Assembly (NCBI RefSeq): GCF_009914755.1 | Contig: NC_060927.1 | Strand: one strand, 5' to 3' | Source of the DNA: the human T2T-CHM13v2.0 reference genome, Homo sapiens | Length of the DNA stretch: 64,000 bases | Shown: in pieces, positions 43,201-54,543 of the stretch | Layout: each line of letters begins with the position of its first letter | How positions within the stretch are numbered: the first letter of the stretch is position 1 | Notes under the pieces: model-generated | What the model saw: the letters and a program-made list of their open reading frames with translations, nothing else | What the model was told of the DNA's origin: nothing | Database searches by the model: none | Position numbers and translations under genes: made by a program

Positions 43201-46200
43201 ATCAAAGCAGAACTAAATGAAATTGAGACTCAAAAAGCCATGCAAAGAATCAATGAAATGAAAAGTTGGAAGTCAGACAATAACAAATGCTGGTGAGAAT
43301 GTGGAGAAAAGGGAACCCTCACACACTGTTGGTGGGAATGTAAATTAGTAAAACTGCTATGGAGAACAACATGGAGGTTCCTCAAAAAACTAAAAATAGA
43401 GCTACCGTACACTCCAACAATCACAATGCTGGGTATATACCCAAAGGAAAGGAAAATAGTGTATTAAAGAGACATCTGCACTCTCATGTTTGTTGCAGCA
43501 CTGTTCACAATAGCCAAGATTTGGAAGCAACCTAAGTGTCCATCAGCAGATGAATGGGTCAAGCAATGTGGCACTTATACTTAATGGAGTACTATTCAGA
43601 CATAAAAAAAAATAAAATCATTGACAACAACAAGGATGAAACTGGAGGTCATTATGGTAAGTGAAATAAGCCAGGCACAAAAATACAAATATTGCTTGTT
43701 TTCACTTATTTGTAGTATCTAAAAATCAAAACAATTGAACTCATGGAGATAGATAATAGAAGGATGGTTACCAGAGGCTGGAAAGGACAGTGGGGATGGG
43801 GGAGAAACATGGGGAGGTAGAGCTGGTTAATGGATACCAAAATATAGTTAGAAAGAATGAATCAGACCTACTATTTAATAGCACAACAGGGTGACTTTAA
43901 TCTGTAATAATTTAATTGTACATTTAAAAATAACTAAAAGTATATAATTGGATTAATTGTAATGCAAAGAAAGGATAGATGCTTGAGGGTATGAATGCCC
44001 AGTTTTCCATGATGTGATTATTACATATTGCATGCCTGTAGCAAAATATCTCATGTACCCTATAAATATATACACTTACTGTGTACCCACAAAATTGAAA
44101 AATAAAAAAATTGAAAAAATGATATGATAAGATTTGAAAGGATAAATAAGATTGACAGACCACTAGCTAGATTTACAAAGAAAAGACAAAATCCACATAA
44201 GTACAATCAGAAATGACAAAGGTTACATTACAAAGACGCCACAGAAATACAAAAGATCCTCAGAAATTACTGTGAACATCTCCATGCATACACACTAGAA
44301 AATTGAGAAGAAATGGATAAATTCCTAAAAACACAACCTCCCAAAATTGAACCAGGAAGAAACAGGAATCCTGGACAGACCAATAACTAGTATTGAAATT
44401 GAATCAGTAAAGAAAACCTACCAATGAATAAAAGCCCTGAAAGAGATAGATTTATATCTGAATTCTACCAGACATACAAATAAGAGCTGGTACCAATATT
44501 ACTTAAACTATTCCAAAAAATCAAGGAGAAGCGACTCCTCCCTAACTCATTCTATGAAATTATTGTCATCCTGATAGCAAAATCTTGTAAAGAAACAACA
44601 ACAATAAAAAAACGACAGGCCAGTATCCCTGATGAACATAAACATAAAATCCTCAACAAAATACTAGCAAACAAAATGCAGCAGCATATCAAGAAGTGAA
44701 TTCACCATGATCAAGTGGGCTTTATTCCTGGGATGCAAGGTTGGTTCAACATATTCAAATCAATAAATATTATGCATTACCTAAACAGAACCTTAAACAA
44801 AAACCACATGGTGATCTCAATAGACACAGAAAAAGCATTTGATAAAATCCAACATCCTTTCATGATAAAAACACTCAACACACTAGGCATCAAAGGAATG
44901 CACCACAAAATAACTAAAGCCATCCATGGCAAACTCACAGCCAACATTATACTGAATGGACAAAAGCTGGAAGCATTTCACCTAAGAACTGAAACAAGAC
45001 AAGGTTGTCCATTCTCTCATTTCTATTCAACAAAGTACTAAAAGTTCTAGCCAGAGCAATTAGGCAAGAGAAAGAAATAAAAGGCATCCAAATAGGAAAA
45101 GAGGAAGTCAAATTATGTGTCTTCACTAACAATATGATTTTAAACCAAGACTCTGCCAAAAGATTCTGTCACAAGACTCCTAGACATGATAAAGTACTTC
45201 AGTAAAGTATCAAGATACAATATCAGTGTACATAAATTGGTAGCATTTGTATACACCAGTAACATGAAAAGCAAAAACATGAAAGGCATTTCATTCCCAT
45301 GGGTGGGAAGAATCAATAACATTAAAATTGTCATACAGCCCAAAGCAATATGCAGCTTCAATGCTATTCTTGTCAAACTACCAATGTCATTTTTCACAGG
45401 ATTAGGAAAAAACTATTCTGAAATTTATATTGAACCAAAAAATACCCTGAATAACAAAGCAATCCTAAGCAAAAGGAACAAAGCTGGAGGCATCCCATTA
45501 CCGGACAGTAAATATACTACAAGGCTACAGTAACCAAAACAGCATGGTACTGGTAGAAAAATAGATACATAGATTGATGGAACAGAATAGAGAACCCAGA
45601 AATAAAGCCACATACATACAACCAACTGATATTTAACAAAGTTGACAAAAATAAGCAATGGGGTAAGGATACCCTATTCAATAATGATGGTGGGAGAACT
45701 GTCTAAACATATGCAGAAGAATGAAACTGGACCCCTACCTCTCACCATATACAAAAATTAACTCAAAATCGATTAAAGACTTAAATGTAAGACCTCAAAC
45801 TATAAAAATCCTAGACAAAAACGTAGGAAATACTCTTCTAGACATTGACCCAGGCAAAGAATTTATGACCAAGTCCTCAAAAGCAAATCAAAAAGAGCCC
45901 AAAACTGACAATTTAGACCTAATTAAACGAAATATCTTCTGCACAACAAAACATATCGTCAACAGGTTAAACAGGCCACCTACAGAATGGGAGAAAATAT
46001 TTTCAAGTTATGCATCTGATAAAAAACTAATATCTAGAATCCGTAAGGAACTTAAATCAACAAAGAAAACCCCATTAAAAAGTGGATAAAAGACATAAAC
46101 AGATAATTCTCAAAAGAAGACATACAAGTGGCCAAAAAACTTATGAAAAAATGCTTAATATCAGTAATCATGATAGAGATACAAACCAAAACCACAATGA

Positions 46201-46911
46201 GATACCATCTTACACCAGTCAGAATGGCTATTACTAAAAAGCCAAAAAAATTACAGATGTTAATGAGACTGTGGAGAAAAGAGAATGCTTATACATTCTT
46301 GGTGGGAATGCAAATTAGTTCATCTCCTGTGGAAAGCAGTTTGGAGATTCTTCAAAGAACTAAACGGAGAATTACCATTCGACCCAGCAGTCCCATTACT
46401 GGGTATATACCCAAAGGAAAATAAATTGTTCTACCAAATAGACTCCTGCACTAATATGTTTGTCAGAGCACTATTCACAATAGCAAAGACATGGAATCAA
46501 CACAGATGCCCATCAATAGTGGACTGGATAAAGAAAGTGTGGTACATATATACCATGTGATACTATGCAACCATGAAAAAGAAAGAAATCATGTCCTTTT
46601 TAGCAACGTGGGTGCAGATGCAGACCATTATCTTAAGCAAATTAACATATAAATAGAAAATCAAATACCATATGTTCTCACTTATAACGTTGAAGCTAAA
46701 CATTGGGTACACATGGACACAAAGATGAGAACAATAGACACTGGAGATACTGAGAGAGGAGGGAGAGAGGAGAGCAAGTGTTGAAAAACTACTTATTGGT
46801 TACTGTGTTCACTGTTTGGGTAACGGGATCATTAGAAGCCTAAATCTCAACATTATACAATATAACCATGTAACAAACTTGCACACGCACTCCCTAAATC
46901 CAAAATCTTTT
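40229..46911 (+). mobile_element. Near full-length L1PB-like element with internal deletions
   Basis: 5'UTR from CCAAGATGG near 40239; ORF1 remnant about 41677-42670; jump into mid-EN near 42708; ORF2 fragments 44715-46560; PB-type 3'UTR; candidate TSD AAAAATG[GT/AA]AAGTT (40215-40228, 46912-46925). Confidence 0.85.
43269..44120 (+). mobile_element. L1MA1-3-like 3' fragment nested in the L1PB ORF2
   Basis: Host ORF2 stops at AAAAGTTGG (43268) and resumes near 44133; the insert ends GTACCCACAAAATTGAAAAATAAAAAA. Confidence 0.8.
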
Positions 46912-47989
46912 AAAAATGAAAAGTTGAGTAGTAGGATGAAAATAGAAGAGCATATCAGAATGAACTAAAATTAGGAATTTGTGATATACAAAGTTACACA
47001 TTAAAACTGAAGCCTGGTGAATAATAAAATGTCCCTGATGCTTAAGGCCAAAAAAAGAAAAGCCAAAATAACACCAAAAATCTCTCTATTTAGAAAAAGC
47101 AGTAAGAAGAAAGCCTGGGGAATGTGCTGGCAATTATCAATCTGGAAATAAACCTAAATAAATAAATAAGTATAGAGTAGCTTCTGGACGTAGAGCCTAT
47201 ATCTTACAGTTGCTTTCCTTTTTTAACCTCTTGGCCTATAGTGGTGGCTTGCTAAACATTCATTCTTTAAACAAAATATGGAGATGGCAAAGATGATGTA
47301 TACCAATAAGGATGGAAACTGGATGGTCTAACTATTAATGATAGTCAAAGATATTACCAGAAAAAGGAAAATCAGGTTTTTATAGAAAACTGGCTGGATA
47401 CAATAAGAAACTAAAATATGGTTGAATAAAATCATTCAGTAGTGCATGAGAGAAAAAAAAGAGATTTTGAGTAGGTCTGGGTGAAAACAGGTAAAAGAAT
47501 TATGAGTGAGCAAGAAAATTGTTCCCCCCAAAATATACTTTTGTCTACTGAGGTGATTACTGTCCTGAAGGCAAATATGGCATTGGCCAATTGGTAAGAA
47601 AGCCTCTTTCAACACAGGCATGGATAAAATGAGTGCATTTGTAAATATCTCATGAAGAATAGCTGCATGAGTGAAATACAGGGAGAGAAGATGGCTGCCC
47701 CACCAAGTAACTCAAGGCAAAGAATATTTATGAAAATTACACTAGCATAGTCTGAAAGTGAAAAAGACTACTTCAGTGAAATAGAGGATTCATCATCACT
47801 AGGGATATTGGTAGTTATTGAGAGAATTCAGGCATCTGGTGTGGACTGGGTTACTTAGCCTTTGGTTTCCCTCTTGACTCTGAAAGTCTATGGTTTTCTA
47901 GTCATCAGTGAGAACTCATTGTTCAGGAGCTCCTAGGTTCCCACCACTCATTTTCAGCAGCAGTGTACAGGCCCCTTCCTCAACTAGTG

Positions 47990-48199
47990 CAGTAGACACT
48001 GCAGCCAATTTAACAACTGTATCACCCCCAGTGATTAAAATAGCCTCAATTTGTAGCATTTGCTGATTTCTGTGATACAAATACTGCCATCATGGCCAGT
48101 TTCAAGATACCAGTATGATGTCACTGAACCTACAGCAAGGAAAAGATGCTCACAATTGCCTTGCACAGACCTGTACAAGCTGGCTCCAGCATTTCTCTG
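47990..48199 (-). mobile_element. MER63-like hAT DNA transposon
   Basis: TTTGTAGCATTTGCTGATTTC...CATGGCCAGTTTCAAG...GCTGGCTCCAGCA. Confidence 0.65.
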
Positions 48200-48400
48200 A
48201 GTACCTTGCTCCAGAATCCATTATATTTTTTAGAAAATTGTGGCCAGTTTCTAAGTTGTTGGTGGCTTCCGGGTGGCTCAGGCAGGCAGACCATGGGGGA
48301 TGAGAAGAACTCAATGAACTTGTTCTGTCAAACAAACGGTTCATATGCTCCACGCATTTCCACCACTTCTACAAACATCAGTTCAAAATGGTGGAGTTAC

Positions 48401-48762
48401 TGATATGGTTTGTTTGTGTCCTTACCCAGATCTCATCTTGAATTATAGCTCCCATAATCCCCACATGTTGTGGGATGGACCCAGTGGGAGGTAATTGAAT
48501 CATGGGGGCAGGTGTTCTGTGCTGTTCTCATGATACTGAATAAGTCTCATGAGATCTGATGGTTTTATAAAGGGTAGTTCCCCTGCACATGCTCTCTTGC
48601 CTGCTGCCATGTAAGGTGTGCCTTTGCTCCTCCTTTGCCTTCTGCCATGATTGTGAGGCCTCCCCAGCAATGTTGAACTGTGAGTCCATTAAACCTCTTT
48701 TTCTCTATAAATTACCCAGGCTCTAGTATTTCTTCATAGCAGTATGACAATGGACTACTACA
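48401..48762 (+). mobile_element. THE1 (THE1C/D-like) solo LTR
   Basis: TGATATGGTTTG...GGACTACTACA, 362 bp, with TTAC on both flanks. Confidence 0.9.
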
Positions 48763-51672
48763 TTACCTCTTCTCATTTCCACACTCACTTTTTAGACTTA
48801 TCTTTGGTGAATTTCCCCTTGATGTGCATTTTAAAAGATGTAAGTGAAAATGTGTATGATATCCTTGTTGCAGGTTCTCTCCACTCCTCTTTGAAATTGA
48901 TCTCTGCTTTCCCTAGTTCTCTGGACTTCCTTAGAAAAATTTTAATGTAACTTGTTGAGTTTATTGCCACTGTCCCCTTTGTCTTCTTTGTGCCTTCCAT
49001 GTGGTCTCCTGTGCTGCTCCCTCTCTCTCCTGCGCAGTTACAGGAATTAATTCTTACTGAATGCTTATCATGAGCCAAACACTCCTCTGAAAAGTTTATT
49101 TCTATTAACTCCTCAAATCCTCCTAACCATTGAATGAGGGTGTATTACTATAATTTACAGATTAATACACATGATTTACAGATGAGAAAACTGGGGCATT
49201 GAGAAGATAAATACCTTGCTCTAGGTCACACAGCCCCTTAGTGTTACAGCTGGGATTTGAACCCAAATAGGCTGGCTCCAGAGTTTTGACTGTCAGTGGG
49301 AAATAGTGGGAAGTTTTCTCAACAATGCTTTCAGTTCTCTGGAGAACAGTGTGTAGGAATCTGACAAATAGTAAAACTACTTCCCTGATAGCTAAGGCAG
49401 AAAAAGTGAGTTGCTAGAAGAATGGACCAGATTTAGGGACAACTTTGCCTCTGCTTTGAGGAAGACTGTAGGTTGAACGTATAATATGATTAGAATCTCA
49501 TGGAAATGAAATGATTTTCTTCTGATCACTTACTTCATTTTATCACCTAAACCCTCACCTGGGTATGGGATGCAGCCTGCCTGATTCACTTCTTGTATTT
49601 AATAGGCTAATGGAGGCTCAGAATTTTAATGGTTAGATATCTTTCCAAATTTAAATGCATGTGTAAATGATCAATTTGTCTTATTATTTAATAATAAAAC
49701 ATAAATTATTATTAGGAATGTCACTAATCATTGCGGCAGTTGAAAATATCTAGATTTGAAAACTCAACCAATATCAGTTTTTTATGGGAAACGATTGCTA
49801 AGTTCACTGGACAGTTTAGACCAGATCACAGACTCAGGAATTAATCCATCACTGATGGCTTCTTACTGAAAACCCATCTACTTACACAGTATTAGAACAA
49901 TGAGTAAAATCTCATTTATATATAACTTAGCTCCCTAGCAATGGGACTTATTTGGAGATTTTCAAATAATAGAGAGATAAAACCATTGTTTTCAGTTAAA
50001 ATTAGGATCAACTGAATATAAAAGAAAACAACACGATCATGACTTAAGCATACAAGATTTCATGTTTATTTCACATAACTAAGTCTGGAGGTGGAGGTAT
50101 GCAGTTTCATATTGATACAGGAGGTCCATAATTACCAGTATCCTGGCCTCCATCTAATTTTCTGCCCCATCATCCTTAGCACATGGTCATCTCAAGGTTC
50201 AATCCATTGAACATTTAGATGTCCTGTTGGTGTGTTGCCATCATATCCAAATACCACGATGAACTAAGTAGCTGGAGAAGAGCAAAAAGGCACACTCTGG
50301 CCACCCATCCCCTTTCTGAGAACTCTTCCACAAAGACTCCTCCAACACCTACACTTCCATCTCATTGGCCAGAATGTAGTCACATGACCTCACCTAAATA
50401 AAAAGCAGACTGGTATTTTAGCTGGGCACCGTATTCCCTTAAAAAAGATTAAGGTTCTTTGCTTTGGAAAGAGCAGAGAATGGGTAGTGGGTAGGGAACA
50501 GGCAACTCTATGACATCAGAAATTTCTGAGCTGCCATAATTAATGTGACATGACTGGTGGACTTTCCTGATGAAAGAAACTCTGAGGATATCCTCCAGAA
50601 ATGATTTACTCCTTCTTTCATTGAGCTCCATCCACTTTGGCATGTACATATTATTAAGGTACTAATTTTCCACTTGCTAGGGTGAAACTAATGCAGGTTC
50701 TTTTTCTTCTAAATGAGAGATAACGGACTCACAAAATGCAATAAAAAATAAAAGCAAACTTTGGTGCTACCACCCAACTTTCCCAAGGCCCAGTGAAGAA
50801 GAAAGGGGAGGAACCTCTAGACCAAAGGAGCGCACAGAAGTTAAGCCACGAAAAAAAAGTGAATCTTATTTCCATGAACTGCAGGTTCTCCAGGTAACTG
50901 GATCTTGCTTCAGGCCATCAGAGAATGAACACTAATTGTCCTGTGAGTATACATCAGGGCAAGGGCAGGGGAAGCTTGGTAGCCTTATGGTCAAGCTGTC
51001 CTGGAGGGAAAGACCACAGAGCTCTCACTTGATGGGACTAGCTGGTATAATCTTAGATCTTATCCAGCATTACCTAATAAGCAACCTCCCAAACTTCTTT
51101 GTTTTATTTTTTGCTTTCATATTATTTTTAATTGACACATAATTATACATATTTAAGGGACACAGTGTAATACTTTGATATATATTTATGATGTATAATG
51201 ATCAAATCAAAGCAATCAGCATATCTATCGCCTCAAACATTTATCATTTATTTGCGTTGAGAACATTCAAAATCTGCTCTTCTATTTGAAAATACATAAT
51301 AAATTGTTAATTATAGTCACTTTAGAGTGCTACAGAACACTAGATTTATTCCTGCTAGTGAGCTGTACTTTGTGTCCATTAACCAACCTTTTTCTGGTTG
51401 ATAGACACAAAAGTACCCCCATTACACTCCCCTATTACTAGAAACCACTGTTCTACTCTCTACTTCCACGAGATCAACAATTTTAGCTTCCTCATATGAA
51501 TGAGAACATGTGACATTTATATTTCTGTGCCTGGTTTATTTCACTTAATATAATTCCCTAAATTTATCCATGTTTCTGCAAATTACAAGATTTCATTCTT
51601 TATTATGTCTGAATAATATTTCATTGTGCACACATAACACATTTCTTTCTCCATTTATTTATTGATGGACAC

Positions 51673-52217
51673 TGTGATGGGTACTATGAAATGTCAACTA
51701 GATTGGCTTGAAGGGTGCAAAGTATTGTTCCTGGGTGTGCCTGTGAGGGTGTTGCCAAAGGAGATTAACATTTGAGTTAATGGACTGGGAGAGACAGACC
51801 CACCCTCAATCTAGGTAGACCTCATCTAATCAGCTGCCAGCGCGGCTAGAATAAAGCAGGTAGAAGAAAGTGAAATGAAAAGACCTACTGAGACTGTCGG
51901 CCTTCATCTTTCTCCCATGCTGGATGTTCCCTGCCCTCGAACATCAGACACCAAGTTCTTCAGCTTTTGAACTCTTTGACTTACACCAGTGATTTGCCAG
52001 GGGCTCTTGGGCCTTTGGCCACAGACTGAAGGCTACACTGTTGGTTTTCCTGGTTTTGAGGTTTTGGGACTCAGAATGGTTTCCTTGCTCCTCAGCTTTC
52101 ACACAGCCTATTGTGGGACTTCACTCTGATCATGTGAATCAATTCTTCTAATAAACTCCCCTTCAATATACATATCTCTTATCAGTTCTGTCTCTTTAGA
52201 GAACCCCGACTAAGACA
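51673..52217 (+). mobile_element. MLT2A (HERV-L) solo LTR
   Basis: TGTGATGG...TGTCAACTAGATTGG...GAGAACCCCGACTAAGACA; TSD GACAC/GACAG. Confidence 0.88.
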
Positions 52218-52453
52218 GACAGTAGGTTGATTCCATATATTGACAGTTATGAGTAGTGCTGCAATAAACATGGAAATGCAGATAATGCAGATATTTCTTT
52301 GACAAACTGATTTCCTTACCTTTGGATAAATACTCAGTAGTGGGATTGCTGCATCATATGGTAGCTCTATTTTTAGATTTTTGAGGAACCTTTCCATTAT
52401 TTTCCATAATAGCTGTACTGACTTACATTTCTACTGACAATATATAAGGACTC

Positions 52454-52849
52454 TGATATGGTTTAGATGTTGTGTCGCCTCCAAATCTCACGTTAAAATG
52501 TGACCTTCAGTGTTGGAGGGGGGCCTAGTGGGAAGTGTTTGGGTCATAGGAGTGTATCCCTTATGAGTGGCTTACTGCTTTCCCTCATGGTAATGAGCTC
52601 ATGGCAGTTCTGGTTGTTTAAAGAACCTGGCAACTTACCTCTCTTTCTCTTTCGCTCCTCTTGCCAGGTGGCATGCCACCTTCACCTTCACCTTCAGCCA
52701 TGATTGTAAGCTTCCTGAGGTCCCACCAGGAACAAGTGCTGGTGGCATGCTTGTATAGCTTGCAGAACCATGAGTCAAATGAACCTCTGGCCTTTGTAAA
52801 TTACCCAGCCTCAGGTATTCCTTTATAGCAATGAAAACAGACTAACACA
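52454..52849 (+). mobile_element. MST (MaLR) solo LTR
   Basis: TGATATGGTTTAG...GACTAACACA; TSD GACTC/GGCTC. Confidence 0.85.
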
Positions 52850-54160
52850 GGCTCTCCTTTCTCTGCATCCTTGCTAGCACTTATTTTTTGTCATTTTTGA
52901 TAATAGATATTCTAACTTGGGTAAAATGATATCTCATTGTGGTTTGTATTTGATTTCCCTAATGATTAGTAATACTGAGCCTTTTTTCATATGACCATTG
53001 GCCATCTGTATGTCTTCTTTTGAGGGATGTCTATTCAGCTCATTTGCCCATTTTTAAATTGGATTATTTTATTTTTTGCTTTTGAGTTGTTTGAGTTTTC
53101 TAAATAACCTGGATATTAATCCCTCATTGTAGAAATAGTTTGCAAATATGTTCTCCCATTATTCAGGTTGTCTCTTCACTCTTGATTATTTCCTTTCCTG
53201 TGCAGAAGTTTTTAGTTTGATATAATCTCATTTATCTATTTTTGCTTTTGTTGCCTGTGATTTTGAGATCCTCTTCATAAAATCTTTGCCCAGATAAATG
53301 TCCTAAAGCATTTCACTAGTATTTTCATAGTTTGGGGTCTAGGATTTTAATTCTTTAATCTATTGTGAATTGATTTTTGTCTGTAGTGAGAGATAGGGGT
53401 CTAGCTTAATTTTTCTGCATATGGTTATCCAGTTTTCACAGCATCATTTATTGAAGAGACTGTCCCTTTCCCATTGAGTGTTTTTTGAATCTTTTAAAAA
53501 GTGAGTTGGCTGTAAATACATGGATTTACTTCTGATTCTGTATTCTGTTCTATTGGTCCATATGACTGTTTTTAGGCAAGTACCATGCTGTTTTTGGTTA
53601 CTATATAGCTTTGTAGTATATTTTGAAGTCAGGTGGTGTGATGCCTCCAGCTTTGTTTTGCTCAGGATTGCTTTAGCTATTTAGCTACAGGATTTCTGTT
53701 TGGTTTTATTTAATGATTTCTATCTCTTTGTTCAATTTCATGTTCATATTGTGAATTGTTTTCCTGATTTCATTGGATTGTCAATCTGTATTTTACTGTA
53801 TTGCATTGAACTTCCTTAAGATCATTGTTTTAAATTCCTCTTTCTGGCAATTTATTGAATTCTTTTTTATTGGGGACTGTTACTGGAGAGAGATGTTCCT
53901 TTGGTGGTATCATATTTCCTTGCTTTTTCATTTCTTCGTGTGCTTGTGTTGATAATTCTACCTGTGGTGGAGCAATTACCTCTTCCAAACTTTCTAGAGT
54001 GCTTATATCGAGAAATGTTTTCATCTGCAATTGGGAAGGGAGTGGTGACTCTTTTCATGTAAGTGCAGTGGTATAGTTTCCATGTAGCTTCTTCAGCTGC
54101 ATTCAGTGTCAGCAACCAGGGGCTTACGCTATAAAAGTTTGTGGCAGCAACCATGAGTGC

Positions 54161-54543
54161 TGTATTAATTCATTTTCACATTGCTATAAATAGCTATCTG
54201 AGACTGGGTAATTTATAAAGAAGGAGGTTTAATTGACTGACAGTTCTGTAGAGTGTACAGGAAGCATGGCTGGGGAGGCCTCAGGAAACTTACAATCATG
54301 GCAGAAGGTGAAGGGAAAGGAGTCATGTCTTATGTGGCCAGAGAAGAAGGAAGAGGGAGAGAAGGGGGAAGTGCTACACACTTTTATAAATGAGATCTCA
54401 TGAGAACTCACTCACTATTATGAGAACAGCAAGGGAGAAATCTGCCCCATGATCCAATCACCTCCCACCAGCCTCCTCTTCCAACATTGGGGATTATAAT
54501 TCAGTGTAAGATTTGGGTGGGGACACAGAACTAAACCATATCA
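54161..54543 (-). mobile_element. MSTA-like solo LTR
   Basis: TGTATTA...GGGAGGCCTCAGGAAACTTACAATCATGGCAGAAGG...AAACCATATCA. Confidence 0.88.
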
